Assembly: GCA_964016885.1 (NCBI GenBank)
Contig: OZ024742.1
Location: 101,928,001 to 101,992,000, forward strand
Length of the DNA stretch: 64,000 nucleotides
Direction of reading: 5' to 3'
Origin: Eledone cirrhosa
Lineage: Eukaryota
Each line of letters starts with the position of its first letter. The stretch's first letter is position 1. Positions 1-14,142 of the stretch are shown one piece after another. Made by a program: the position numbers and the translations under genes. Below the pieces are notes generated by a model. It was not told the DNA's origin, made no database searches, and was given only the letters and a program-made list of their open reading frames with translations.

Positions 1-526
1 AAGAATGAATTACAAAATTTTCAAGAGTATCTAGTATAACACTCAATAAATACTGACAACACTTTTAACCCTTTTGATGCTAAACTTCCTGAAAGCGCCA
101 CCACCTCTACAATACTAAGCTGTTTGTTTTAAAGTATTTAAAATTATCCAAAACCTTCCATTATATTTTATGTAAGTGCGGTGGATTGGTAGTATCGGTA
201 GAGATTTGGACGCCATGCTTTGCAGCATAGAGTTACGGCTTTTTCGGTCTAGCTTTGTCTTTCATCCTTACGGGGTCAATAAAATAAAGCACCAGTAATA
301 CACTAAGGCTCCAAATACCAGCTTAAAATAAAATAGTAATATTACTAAATCACTGCAATTTCTAAACAATTTTCCAAATGACTTGAAATTCATAGTCCTT
401 CATTAAACATATGGTGATGAAAAGATTAACCTAATGCTCAACTGTTACTCTTCTTTTCTCAAGAATTAATAATACCGCCACCACCACCAATAATAATGGT
501 TTCTTATATAGGCACAAGGCCAGCAA

Positions 527-702
527 TATGGGGGAGGGAAAGTTGATTATATCGACCTCAGTGTGTGACTGGTACTTTATTTTATCGACCCCTTAAGGAT
601 GAAAGGCAAAGTTAACCTTGGCCTTTCATCCTTAAGGGGTCGATAAAATAAAGTACCAGTCACATACTGGAGTTGCTATAATCGACTTTCCCCTCCCCCA
701 TA
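527..702. repeat. ~175-bp inverted duplication of SINE sequence
   Basis: Arms centred on gttaac at 611-616. Confidence 0.85.
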
Positions 703-924
703 ATGGTTTCTTATTGAGGTACAACGCCAACAATTTTTTGGGGTAGGGAGGTTGATTAAATCAACCCCAGTGCATTACTGGTACTTCATTTTATTAACCC
801 TGTAAGGATGAAAGGCAAAGCTAACCTCGATAAGATTTGAACTCAGAACGTAAAGGGACGTACTCTATGCCGCAAAGCATGTTGTCCGACGCTCTACCGA
901 TAATGCCAATTCACCAATAATAAT

Positions 925-1125
925 AGATGCTCTGGGAATTAAAAAAAAAAACTGAGACTGATACATACCCAAAACCCAAGGACATACAAATATATACAAC
1001 ATACAGAAAATAGCTATATTAAGCACTGCACACATATAAAGAATACTTTAAATTCAAAAGAAACATTAAAAAATAATACTGCACAGGGCTGTGTTCAGTA
1101 ATGCAATGAAAATAAGACTAATAAT
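925..1125 (+). mobile_element. Decayed 3' end of an R4/Dong-like (REL-endonuclease) LINE
   Basis: Remnant ALG...NIYNIQKIAILSTAHI peptide in a (TAA)n context. Confidence 0.6.
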
Positions 1126-4103
1126 CATCACTGTTTAACATCCATTTCCCATGGCTGCATGGGTTAGACAAGTATTCCATGTAGAGAGACAAGTTTGGCC
1201 AAAATTGGCCATGCTGTACCTTGCTCAGATGGGACTGTAAATTTGGCCGGGGTTTTTACAGCTGGATGCCCTTCCTAACACCAACCACATTTACAATGTG
1301 AAACTGGATGGTACTGTTATGAGGAGGGACAGGCCAGTTGACTGCGCCAAACCTTCACACAGCGGAGTCATAGTTTGGGAGCTGCAGTCACATTTACAGT
1401 GTGGAAATGGATGGCACCACTATGAGGAGGGACAGGCCAGTTGGCTGTGCCAAACCCTTCTCACAGCAGACTGCTCCTGGGCCTATTATAGAAAACTGCT
1501 TATTTTAAAGTTTTTCTATTCATCAAAAACCCTTCCATCATAATTTTAAGAACCTTTTACATTTTTCTCCAAACACCAGCTAAATAATGAGAAACTTATA
1601 TTATTAAATCCTTCTAAATAATTTTCAAAGTTAATGGAAAATAATAGGCAATGTCTGTCATTAGAATTATGGTAAAAGGTTAAAATGAGGATACTGATTT
1701 ATAAGGGAGTGGTTGTCTTAATTATGAACCATAATATTGTTGACTCTGGAAGAATGTTGAAAGCTTGTGGAATTTATACAAAGTACTGTAGTTAAACACT
1801 GTAATGCTTTTAGTCTTACTCTCTACCAGTTAAGATATTTCACTGACATCATCATCATATGTCTGCTTTCTACACTGGCATGGGTTGGATGGGTTGTCAT
1901 GGACCAAGACCAGAATAGTAAGAGAAATTTCATGTTGCTCACATGTTCCATATTTGGCATGGTTTCTACAACTGGATGCCTGTCCAAATGCCAATCACCT
2001 TACAGGGTGTTGTGGATGTGTTTTATTATCGTTTTTGTGGCAATACCACTACCACTTTACAAAATGTACTTGGTGTGTTTTTGTGGCACCACTATTTTAT
2101 AAAGTGTACTGGATGTATTTTTTTTTGTGGCACCAGCACTGAAGAAGTTGTGATATGTTCATCCAGACTGAAGAGTCATCTCAACCCTTATATTGTGTTT
2201 GATTGCCAACCCTGTAACACTTCACTACTCCACTTTTCATCATTGTTTAGTGTTTTCCCTGTTAGCAAGGGTTGAGCATGTTGTCACAGACTGGTCAGTA
2301 TTCATGTGGACTGGGAGCCTAAAATACGAAATCATGCTCCACTGAGTACATTTTATTGTAGTATCAGCACTATGGAAATTGTGTCCTTGATCCAACTGAG
2401 GAGTCTTTCCAACTCTGGTTGTCCTTTCTACCTTTAATCACTTTATAGTGTATACTGGGTGCATTTATCATGTAGATCACCAACACTAGAGAGATGGTCA
2501 TGTTTATGGCACAATTGAAGAATCTTCCTGACCCTTTGTTTGGCAGGTTTTCTACAGCTGGATGTCCTTTCTATCACCAACAACTTTATAGTATTTACTG
2601 GCTAATAATAATAATAATAATAATGAAATAATGTTTTAAGGCCCTTATACTTACAAAAGTGAGGGTAAACCTTGCAAGGCTCCATGAAAGACATGCCGAG
2701 TCTCCCTTTTTGAAGCAATGTTTTACAACCAGATGCCTTTCTGTTGGCAACACTTTTAGCGATCCCTTAATAATTTCTAACTTAAGTACAAGGATTTATG
2801 AGTGAGAAGAAAGTTGATCATATAGTCCCAGTATTCCACTGTAAATTATTTTATTGATACCTGAAAGGATGAAAGGCAAAATTGGCATTGGCAGGATTTG
2901 AACTCAATGTAAACAAATGCAACTAAATACCTAAAGATATTTTGTCTGCTGCTCTATCAATTCTGCCAGCTAACACTCTCCTAAAATAATAATTTCTCCT
3001 TGCATCATCACAAAGCCGTACATTTGTGAAGGAGGTGATCATCATGACCACCGTTTAATGCCTATTTTTCATGTTTGCATCGGCTAAACAGATTTATCAC
3101 ATACTGAAGCTTGACTAGTCAGTTGACCATATCTTGCTCATGCAATTCGTTTTTGGTTTGGATTCTATGGTGGGATGCTCTTCCTAACACCAACCTCTTT
3201 ACAGCATGTACTGGGAACATTTTATTGGGACTCTGGCAGTACAAGATTACAGGGTGACACTACCACCTACAGTGTAAGGTGTAATCTGAGGGATATTTAG
3301 CTATTTCTCACAGGTCAAGTAACAATGTAGAGACTCCCTTATTGGCCCAGAAAGTTAGGGTTTTTCTTTGAGGGGACTACACAGAAGGGTGGTTTGCTCC
3401 AATGAAGTGATAGTTTAAACATGTCTCTTGTACTTTTTGGGTATGTTTAGATATTGTTTTCTCCAGTTGTCTTTAAAGAGATTCACTTTTAACAGTATTG
3501 TCTTTATTTTCTAAAATATTGGATTAGTTAATATTACTGAAGTGTTGAGGTTTATGAAGAAAATACTGTTTTCAGATGCATAAAGACAGAAATGTATCTT
3601 AGAATTACACATTTTAAAAATAGGAACCAATATGTTGACCAATTATGGTTCATTTAGTTTGTTGTGTGTGTGTGTAGAGGTTGGAGTTGTAGAAGGTAGG
3701 AAAAACATCATAAAACAATAACACATCAATTTGATTGAAAGTATTTAAAAGTTTTCATAGTAAATCATAATGACAGAAAACAGGTATATTTCAAATTGTT
3801 TATGGAGATATGTGTGGTGTGAGCAAAAAGAGGCATGACTGTACAAAAATGGCCAGCCATAGCTAGAAGTACTAAGTAACCCCTGTGGTTAAGCAAGATG
3901 AGGAGAGAACGTTTTATAGCTGAGAGTGATGTCATGGTAAATTTTCATTGGAAATGATATTACATACATGAAAATATACAAATTTTAGCAGAACATGATT
4001 TTGCTACAAGTCCAATATTTTTTAAAATTTATAACATTTAAAAAATTGTTCTTTTTTTTTGGCAAAAATACTTAATATGAAATGTTTTATTTTGATTCTA
4101 TAG

Positions 4104-4184
4104 ATTAGTGCGCTGGATGGCTGCCATACAGAATGTGTTTGCCACTCGGCTACTAGCTGAGCTTCTTGGCCATGAGGTTGACAG
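4104..4184 (+). CDS. LRRC41: LRRC41-like gene, first visible exon (possible start ATG at 4117)
   Basis: tttgattctatag acceptor and gtaagt donor; reads LVRWMAAIQNVFATRLLAELLGHEVD; phase-2 end joins the next exon in frame. Confidence 0.65.
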
Positions 4185-5083
4185 GTAAGTTGTCAAATAG
4201 TTTCTTTATTCTTTATATCATTTTGATTTCCTTTTTCTCAATACAACAATGGACAAACCAACTTCTTCCAACAGACTTGTTAGTCATAATGAACTAAGAG
4301 AATGTGGCTTTATATGACACTACAATGGCATGTTCATTATAAACTTAGAGGTAGTTTTAAATTGTTTACATGTTCCATGTACTACAGTGATAAACAATAG
4401 CTTAACCTCATGTGATGAGATATAAACATCGGCAGCAAACTGGCAGAGTTGTTTGAATGTTGGATAAAATACTTTGCAATGTTTGTTCTGGCTCTCTGTA
4501 CTCACTGAGTTGAAATTCCGTTGAGGTCAACTTTGCCTTTCATCCATTCAAGGTTGATGGAAAAAGTATATTCTATACTGGGGCCGATTCTTCCTTTATT
4601 TCTCTTTCTTAATTCGTTTCTGTCACTGAAATAAAGCCTACCCCTTTTTGCAACATAGTGAGATAGTTACAACTGGGAATTAGAAACGGTCTACTTTATT
4701 GGTGCTCACCTTATGTTTTTCATTGTTCCCCTCCCCATCAAATGTGCAGCAAATTTTAATTATGCTTATGTGGTACAATTTTAAAGTGGCCCTCGTCTCC
4801 ACTTCATTGTTGAAGTACCCATCCCCTAAATTACATGCAATGACATGTGCACATATGTAAATACTTTTGTTTCTGCCAAAGAAACTTATTTTGAACATTT
4901 AGAGACCTTGTAGTATGATTTCTTAAAGGTATTTCATAGTTCCTGGCACAGTTTTCACATTTTGCCTTTAGTGTTATTTTTCTTGGTTGAGTTCAAATTG
5001 AAACTAAAATTTTAAAAATCTTTGTCAGAGTTTTGATTATTGTGATGTTTTCAATTATATATATTATTTTGTGTTGATTTTAG

Positions 5084-5196
5084 TGGCCTTTTAAAAGAAG
5101 AACGTCCTAGCAACAACCCACAGACACTTCATGTGAAGTGTGCCATTGTGCTGGGCAAGGAAATTGCCAACTTTTCACAGAAAACTTTGGATGAAG
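5084..5196 (+). CDS. LRRC41: LRRC41-like exon with Elongin BC-box
   Basis: gattttag / gtagat boundaries; (S)GLLKEERPSNNPQTLHVKCAIVLGKEIANFSQKTLDE; TLxxxCxxxL fits the BC-box consensus. Confidence 0.85.
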
Positions 5197-5743
5197 GTAG
5201 ATATTTTTAAATGAATAATTATTGTAACCAATGTACTATTGAGTGACTTTTGATATACAATGTTTAAAATGATAAAGCTTGTAAAATATGGGACTTAGTT
5301 ATCATTTGTAACAAATGATCATTCAATTTTACTTTTGCCACAAGATAAGCAGATTTTTAAAAATCTAGTTTGTTGCTAATTCTTGTAAAGATAAAAAAAC
5401 AACACATTTTTACATCTATTGTAAATTTCAATGACTAGATGTATTTTGGCAACAACTTTTATCTAATTTTGTAGGGTGTGTATATAAATATTTTAATATC
5501 ATTTGTTGGAATAAGTAATATTATTGCAGGATGTTAGCTTCTTGCTAATGTTGAAGTGGCCACAAATTTCAGCCAGTCAGTATGAAACAAGCAAATAAGA
5601 TAGCATATCTAAAGATATATTCACCTTTATGATGAGTTCTGTACTTTAACTATTTTAATATTAACCTTCCTGAGACTGTCTATAGGTTTATAACAGAACC
5701 TCTCATTTTAAAGTGCTCATATTTAAATTAATGGATGCATGAA

Positions 5744-5860
5744 GGCGTATGGCAGAGTGGTTAAAAAATCGCTTCGCAATCATGAGATTGTGAGTTCGAT
5801 TCCCGGACCGGGTGATGCATTATGTCCTTGAGCAAGACACTTTATTTTGTGTTGTTCCTT
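5744..5860 (+). mobile_element. Second tRNA-derived SINE family with CORE-like segment (also ~9125-9330 and ~12300-12540)
   Basis: ggcgtatggcagagtggttaa A box, gttcgattccc B box, then tgtccttgagcaagacactt. Confidence 0.7.
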
Positions 5861-6225
5861 CTACCTGGAATTGCGACCGATAGATAGTATTAGCAATTGG
5901 AAAGACCAATGGAAACCTTGTTTCCTCGGTCCGATTTGACAAATCGATTGACTGTTGATATTTAAATTAAAACCTTCCATCATAATATTTTAAGACATTT
6001 CAAACACCAAGAAAACATCAGTTATTTTGCTCAATTGTTCCAAATTCTTGATGATTCTCAAAAATGTTACTCATGGGCAGCATATTTCAGTAGAAATATG
6101 GTTACTAAATGGTTAATGACATTATGTGAAAGATTTCTCTGCTTAGGGTGATAAGTTCACCTTGCTCATCTCTGCTGTGTCCACCACCATAGTGTGTGAG
6201 CTGCCTGCAACACTGTTTCACTAGA

Positions 6226-6358
6226 TGTATCTGGTGAGGTGGGGGTGTGGTGCATCTGGTTAGGTGGGGGTGTGGTGCATCTGGTTAGGTGGGGGTGTGG
6301 TGCATCTGGTTATGTGGGGCCATGGTGCATCAGGTTAACAGGGTTGTAGTGCATCTGG
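6226..6358 (+). repeat. 25-bp G-rich minisatellite
   Basis: gtgcatctggttaggtgggggtgtg x ~5. Confidence 0.85.
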
Positions 6359-7101
6359 AACATTGATGGATTAAACTTAGTTGCTTGGCCAACGACATGT
6401 GATAGGTCTGCTCAGTCAGATCTGCTCTGAAGCTATACAACTACTACTGAATGATAAAAATCTCTAGCTAACACTATATTTACATAGGTATTTGACAGAG
6501 AGGTTAGTAGTGCTATATATTTTGATGTTTATTAATTTCGTATTTACATGTAAAATCTAAACATGTTGTGTAATTTGCCTACTCTTATATAATCTCACCT
6601 TAGTATATCTACAATTATCAAACAGGTAACATTTCAAAATTTTAGGATTACAAACTCTGATTTTGAAATATTTATTATTAGTTGCAACTTTTTGGTTTTT
6701 TTTCCTTATATTATTATTGAACTCTTAAGCTGATGTGAGGTCAACTTTGCCTTTCGTCCTTTTGAGGTCGATAAAAAAAAAAGAGTACGAGTCTAGTACT
6801 GAAGTTAATCCTTCCTCTATTTCTCTTTCTCACTATCACTTTCTATCCTTCTCTGGAAGAGGGATGGGCTCTGCCTGGCTTTAAAATGCCTAAGAAACGT
6901 ATGCTACTACAGCACCCCTATGACGCCATTGGGAGTTAAGAGATCATACCATAGCAACCTCATGTAATGATTTGGTAGGAAATATCTAAAACCAGGCTTG
7001 TCAATTCAAATATAGTATATTTACTAATGGATTTGTCATTGTGAAATGTTGCAGTTATTAAAGTGTAAAGGCTTTAAGTTTTTATATGCTGCAGTCATAG
7101 T

Positions 7102-7916
7102 ATCATCATCATCGTCATCGTTTAACATCTGTCTTCCACACTAGCATGGGTTAGACGGGAATTGTCTCACTTGAGGCAAGATTGATCGGGTGATCGTGTC
7201 TCGCTCGTATAGAACTGTATCTGGCAGGTTTTCTATAGCCGGATGCGCTTCCTAACACCAACCACATTTACAGTGTGGACTGGGAGCCTTTTTACCGTGT
7301 TTGCTACATGACCACATTACAGCGTGGACATCTACACAACCTCTTTAGTTTGGACTGGATGTTGTGGTACGAGCATAACTTTACAAAGAGAGAGTGGTGT
7401 TGCTGGGAGTGGGAGGATGGAATAGGGGTAGTTAGTTGGAGTGTATATTTGGTTAAGAGGTGCCTACTGACTGTAGGTTAACTTTGCACGCAGGGAAGGA
7501 GGTCTTCTGTATTACTGCGTGGTATCAAAGATCTCGATCCAGTGACATTGTCTTAGAGAGGTGTAAGTGTGCAAGGTCGCAGGTTTTTCTGGATCTACCT
7601 ACTCCATAACTACCATCAATTTTGATCGCCCTGCACTTTTTTATATAACTGTCTTTCATGCTCATCACATGACCATACCAACGTAATCTTCTCTCAAGTA
7701 AACAGCATCTGATCCCTCTTATTCCTAATTTCTCACTTGGTTCGTCTGTTTTGCCGTTCGTGTATATTACTATGACACATCCAACGGAGCATGCATGCTT
7801 CGTTCCTTTCCAATCTGTGCAGGTCCTCTGCACACAATTCCTATGTCTCACTGCCATGTAACATTGGTGTTTGTATACAAGCATCATACAATCTGCCTTT
7901 CATTTTTAGAGAGAAA

Positions 7917-7922
<6 letters not shown>
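7102..7922 (-). mobile_element. 5'-truncated, frameshifted RTE copy
   Basis: Matches the RTE C-terminus (LGIRGIRCCLLERRLRWYGHV) and 3' UTR; 5' end abuts (TG)n. Confidence 0.9.
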
Positions 7923-8006
<84 letters not shown>

Positions 8007-8040
8007 TTACATACACACTTTATTTACCTTTTATTTTCAG

Positions 8041-8130
8041 ATATCCCACCTCGTTTATGGAAAGATATTTCAGCATACATGTGTCCTTGGACTCTAATTA
8101 AGCTTGGTGAAGAATTCTTATCAAAGAAAG
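8041..8130 (+). CDS. LRRC41: LRRC41-like exon (cullin-box-like region)
   Basis: ttttattttcag / gtaaaa; DIPPRLWKDISAYMCPWTLIKLGEEFLSKK; phase 1-1; recalls vertebrate LRRC41 'LPGPILQSILPLL...ALKKG' (from memory). Confidence 0.85.
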
Positions 8131-9625
8131 GTAAAAGAAAATATTTTTTGAGGTGTTAAAAAAATGAATTTTTTTTTACCAGTTTAAATACAAACATTTA
8201 AATTAAATCTATGGCCTCTAAATCTCATGGAGGAAAAATATAGAATTTGATTGGTAAAAAAATATTTTATTTCAATTGAACTTCAAGAAGGTTCCTGTCA
8301 TTTTGAGTAAAAACATTTTGTCTTCATTCATCATCATCACCCATTCACACACGTTAGTGTACTGAGTGAATTCTATAGTGGCACCAACATTAGAGGGGTT
8401 GCCTTGTCCACTGCAAAGTTAAAATAGACAATTATCCTTTGTAGATATCAGTTCATAGTAATGTTCAAAGATTTCTTTATCAATTTCTCATGCCAATGTT
8501 AGTGGTTTGTATCTTTCTCTCGCTCTTATTTTAAAAAAAATTATTTATGGGGTTATGTAGTGTTTAAAGAGTATAGTCAATTTAAAGTTACTCTCTTACA
8601 CTCTCCAGCTTCTGGCCTACTGATGTGCTGCCTCCTTCCTCTGCTTCTACCATTTACTACAGTGATTTCTACCTCTTGAGCTTGCTGAACTCCTACCATC
8701 TCATTTCAGACACTCTCAACTTACTCATCTCTCTTCCTTTCATCATCCATGTTGTGCCTATCCAAAAGAATGGAGCTACAACTATTATAAATTGTGTTAA
8801 TGCCTTAAATCGATTGCATTTACATATTCATAGCATTAATGGTACAACTTTGAATAGAAGTAAACATATACATACACCAGGTCCGAATACAGAGGAGCCA
8901 AACTCCCACTGTCATCGCCTCCATCTCTCTTGCCCTCCCCATCTCTCACTATTATGAGAAAATGGGGTCCCCCGTGGACAAACCTGAATGACACTACCCC
9001 ATCCACCAGATCTAAGTATAAAACAAACAATAACAAATTGTGCTGTGGTGAAGGGATTTCATTCAAATGTGCCTACAAACACACAGTAAGTAGCAAATAG
9101 CATCTCTTACTCCTCCTTAAGTGAAGGTACATAGCTTAGTAGTTAGCATGTTTGGCTTATGGTTGTGAGTTCAGCTCCCAGTAGTGTATTGTCCTTGAGC
9201 AAAACACTTTATTTCACGTTGGTCCAGTTCACTCAGATGGCAAAAATTAGTTGTTCCTATAATTCAAAGGGTCAGCCTTATCACTCACTGTTTTGCTAAA
9301 TCTCCCTGAGAACTACGTTCTACGGAGAAATTTGGGAATACATTTTTTACATCAAATCTTTGACTAATATGATGTAGTTGTTTTATTTAGTAGTTAGTGT
9401 TATACGCAGTTGTTTCCCTTTGAACTATTTTTTTTAATGTTCGAAATTGAAATTTTATTTTTCGGTGTTTTATCTCGTTTTTTTTTTTTTACTTTAACAC
9501 CTTCATCTTTTTTTTTAAATATATATTTTTTATATTCCTTTTTTATTTTTGCAGATTGTCTGTTACTGGCAGTTCCGATTGTCAAATTTAGAATAATATT
9601 ATATTATATATCATTTGAGAATACT

Positions 9626-9671
<46 letters not shown>

Positions 9672-9770
9672 CATCATCATACATATCAAATGTCATGATA
9701 CCTTAACATTGTGTGTATGTATATATATATATATTCATTTTATTAACCCTTTCATGACTGCATTAATGAG

Positions 9771-9958
9771 GGGCGGTGAATTGGCAGTATCGGTAGAGGG
9801 TTGGATGCCATGCTTTGATGCATAGAGTTACAGCCCTTGCCATTCTGAGTTCAAATCCCGCCTAGGTTAACTTTGCCTTTCATCCTTACGGGGTCGATAA
9901 AATAAAGTACCAGTAATGCACTGGGTAATTGCTGGCCTTGTGCCAAAAGTAGAAACAA
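9771..9958 (+). mobile_element. tRNA-derived SINE (representative of more than 15 full or partial copies)
   Basis: A box (tggcagtatcgg), B box (gttcaaatccc), core ttgcctttcatccttacggggtcgataaaataaagtaccagt, tail gctggccttgtgcc; flanked by the direct repeat attaatgag. Other copies near 175, 720-915, 2780, 18245, 21385, 38135, 38445, 48300, 55970, 57080, 60065 and 60540. Confidence 0.88.
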
Positions 9959-12844
9959 TTAATGAGGTATTTACTAAAATTACTTCATTTTTTTTACAAG
10001 ACCCGTTAAGTAACTTCATATATGGGTCCTGTAAAAAAAAAAAAAGTTAATTTAAAAATTTAGATGAAAGTAAACTAGTTTACTTAAAATATTATTCCAT
10101 ATTGTATTATTATAATTTTTCAATTAATTTTTAAACTTAATTTTAAAATTTTAAAATTTTTATTTAAATTTTTTTCTTCTCTAATTTGTAATTTCTTTTC
10201 TTCCATTTTGTCATTCTGAGATGTTGTCATTTTTGTCATCCTTTCAACTTTTCATTTTTTTATTTTTCATTTCCCCTTCTCCCCTTTTTTCTGTCTCTGA
10301 GTGTCTTTTACCTAATTTTCGAAAGCCATAGTGATTTTGTGTTTGGTTGGATCCCAACGTTTCAAATGTATGTGTGTTTGTCTCAGTGTTTTTAGAATAG
10401 GTACACTGTATCTCTGTATGCCAAGTAAGAAGCAGTAAAAAGGGTTGGTGTCATGAAGGGCACCTGGCTGTAAAACATTATCAGAACACTGCATCCAACC
10501 CATGCCAACATGAGTTGACATGAAAACGATTATATAAATACTTGAAAAAATTACAGGTAGTGGTTGAGAACCAGCTTTTCTTCCATGGATTTCCATGGAT
10601 GATAATCAATAACAAGTCTTAGGGATTATGGAACATTTGAGGCTCGACACAGCAGATGAATGAAAAGCTTGAAAATAGCTATGGGGAGCATATGGTAGGT
10701 GTCCTTTGTCAAGGACATAGTGCACCTGTTTTGTTGGAATGTTTTTCACTGCAGTTCACCACTTGATAATGAATCTCGACAGAAACTGTATATATGATAT
10801 GCAACAGTTCAGTCAGTAGTAAATATAACAGAAGGGAGCCTGTATAGAGTATCTCACCCTGCTAAAAATAGGAGCCAAATTGTTCTTAAATACCCTAGCA
10901 TGTAGAGTGGTGACAAACTTTTAAAATATTTTTTGTCATACATTACATTTTGTTAGTGACACAAAATTAATGAAATTAATAATTAAATATTATATCATGT
11001 CACTAATTACATGTCTAATTGTACACAGAGTTGGCAGATGTGAAATATACTTCACAGACAAATGTTTGTAAATATTGATAAGATTTGACACACGACCGTG
11101 ACCTCTGGCGTCACGCAGTAATACAGAGTACCCGACCTCCTATGGGTACAAGCTGAAGCATATAGACAATATTCCCCCACACCCTCCCACTGCAAGGTGG
11201 TCGTGGAGGTGCCATGGCAAAAAAGCACCCAGGCCACACTGTAAAGTGGACGTGTAGGCACCACGAAAAAGCACCCAGCACTCACTGTAAATGAGGTTGG
11301 TGTTAGGAAGGGCATCCAGCTGTAGCAATCAAGCCAAAATCTGTTCCTGTATGAGCAAGGCATGGTCAACCGACCAGACACTGCCCACAACAGGACAACC
11401 CGTCTAACCCATGCTAGCATGGAAGAATGGACGTAAAACGGTGATGATGATGATGATGACATAATTTCATGACCTATCTAGAGATTATTAATGACACACG
11501 AAAGTCTGGTGACAATCAGTTTAGAAACCTCTGTCCTTGCATCATAAATAAAGGATACATTACACAATATTAACTCTGATACACACAGACATGATGCATG
11601 GTTGAAATGCCTTTGATCATAGCTTTGCTGGATCAGGGTTGACCTAAGGTTAAACAACACAGCTATAAATAATTCTCAATATAATAAAAAAAAAAAAAAC
11701 AACAAAAAACTTTAACTACAACATATGTAGAAATCATTTATTATCACTACTGCTTTTACATTTACTTTATCACATTGGCATGGGTTAGACGAGATGTTTT
11801 GAGGCAATGTTTTACAGCTGGATGCCCTTTTGATGACAACCCTTTCAGTCACTTCTTACAACATGGAGGGATATGGTGTCCCTATTCTAAAAACTGGCAT
11901 ACATGTCAAAGGTGAACATGGGTGCCTATGAGGAAACAAAACCCCATATCATACAAATAGCATGTGAGTGCATTGCCATTATGTTAAGGGGCGAGTGACA
12001 TTAACCTTATATGAAACAAACTGGACTATGTATAATCTAAAGTTCTTTCTACTACTTTATATTCAGTACTTCATGCTGGAATGGATGGTATGTTCATTGT
12101 TGTTACTGATTGTATTTATAGCTGGCTGTTTTTCTGTTTAACTATGAATTAGCAACGGAACTTATGACGTGCTAGAGTAAGCAGGGTTATGTACATTAAG
12201 GACTCATGTATTGTCAATTATTTAAGTTTATCACCATAGAGTTAGTGGTTAGCATCCCAATCCATTAATGATTAAATAGCATTATTATTTTATGGTGAAA
12301 TTCCATGGCTTAGTGGTTATGTTTGGCTCCTGAGCATATGGTTGAGTTCAGTTGCTGGTATTGATTGAGCAAGACACTGTATCATGTTGAATCTCCCTGA
12401 GAATCACATTAAGGGTACAGGTACATATGTTTGTAGAATACTTGACCACTTGCACATTCAGTTCCAAAGCAGATTTTTCAGTTGATGGAAGTTCAACAAT
12501 TAATGTATATACTTCAATATAAGCACCCTCCAATTTGTGTCTGAGAAAAGGGCAAAAATCTAAACCCTGTTTATAAGCTGATGTAGCTAATCAGCACATT
12601 GATGTCGAATATAAGCTGACCTTTTTTTAAAATTTTTATTTTGGTGACATTCTTCAGCTTATATTTGAGTATATACAATAATTTATATTAAGTTGTGAGT
12701 GATGTTTATCTGGTTTCAGGTGTCAAAGTTCATTACAACAGCCTTATGTGTACTGGGTACATTTTATCATGACACCAGTGCCACTACTTTACAGTGTGTA
12801 TTGAGTATGACATTAATTCTTGAATGATGTTTATCTGGTTTCAG

Positions 12845-13027
12845 GCGTCAATGTTGAGGAATGCTGGCAAGTTCATTACAACAGGCGTTGGCCTTGGAAA
12901 TATAGTCGAAGTGCTTTAGATCTCTTGGATCGACATAACCTCACTCATAAGCAACTCTACATTGACAGGCATTTTATGAAATTTCTTGAAGAGTATTGTC
13001 GTATGAAACATCTATGTCTTGAAAGAG
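12845..13027 (+). CDS. LRRC41: LRRC41-like exon
   Basis: ggtttcag / gtgagc; GVNVEECWQVHYNRRWPWKY...HKQLYIDRHFMKFLEEYCRMKHLCLER; phase 1-1; lies in ORF 12820-13068. Confidence 0.88.
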
Positions 13028-13149
13028 GTGAGCAGTCTCTTATCTATATTTCTCTGCCCTTTCTGTAGTCTATGAACTCTTCACTTTGTAAAAAGTTTTC
13101 GTTTATTTCTTGTTTGTATAAGAGGCAAATTATTTTTTTCCAGTGTGGC

Positions 13150-13298
13150 ACTCAAGACATTTGCTGACAATGAAGTTCTTGTCAATGTTGGTATCAAGTG
13201 ATGTTCCTCATGAAGGTGCTTGGTTGTTCCAGTGTCATAGCCTTGCTCTCACTCATGGCAATGCTGCGAGTGTGTTGGCTTGCCTAAAAAATTATTAG
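13150..13298 (+). mobile_element. CRE-clade LINE C-terminal remnant
   Basis: EGAWLFQCHSLALTHGNAASVLACL* fits the CRE consensus WLxQRxSxAxxRGNAxSxL. Confidence 0.6.
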
Positions 13299-14142
13299 AA
13301 GAAAACTTAGTCATATGATTACATGTGCAGGTCTTTTCCAAAATTAAAAACCACCCCAAAAAGTTATACAAACTTGTTATTATAAGCAGTAGATTTTTAC
13401 CTTATTCATTCTTATATTTTCTAGTCAAATTCTTTAACTATTCCCAAAACTACAATATGTTGAAACGTAAAGAACTTTTATCAGTTAAAATAGAGCTTTA
13501 ACTCTTAAAATCCTTTATTTATGAAATCACAGAAGCAAGACATTCTTGAAAAGTACAAATCAGCACAATGACTGCATCATTTTAAAAATTAGTGTTTATT
13601 CTAATATTGCAAATTACCACAAAGATTTGCCCTCTATTAAAGATACTATAAACATTTAAATTCACAAACATATCTTTAGATATTTCCAGCTAAATCAATA
13701 CAGGATGTTATGAAAAATGTTGAAAGTTTCTAGAATCTGGTTCCTAAGAAATACATCAGTTTCCTCTTCTTTTTTATTCCTTATTTATTGTTTTATAATA
13801 ATAATTGTTATAATTTCCTTTTCTGCATTCTCTTCTGGCTTCTTGAATTTTGCAAGAGTTAGCACTTTTAATACCAAACTACGTGAAACTGTCTTGGATT
13901 TTATACAAAACTGCTCATTATAATTTTATTTTAGAAATTTCTGTTAAGTAATGTTATAAATATCAGTTTATTAATGAAAACGTATTTTAAATTCCTCCAA
14001 ATTTATTTTCAAAATTGAAACACATAAGCAGTGTATTTTATCAGAAATATGGTAATGAAAGAGTTAAATTTAACACTAAACAATAATATATCTTTTACCT
14101 ATATGATTTCATCATTTTGATATTCTTTTTTTTCTGTTCCAG

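Noticed and set aside
4104-4140. WMAAIQ resembling a PH-domain C-terminal helix (upstream domain fusion)
   Set aside because: Too short; no upstream coding exon found in 1-4100; equally explained by a start at ATG 4117.
9771-9860. tRNA gene
   Set aside because: A and B boxes belong to a SINE head followed by SINE body; no complete cloverleaf.
10650-10685. cagatga...gaaa hammerhead-like spacing
   Set aside because: Core mismatch and no pairing stems.
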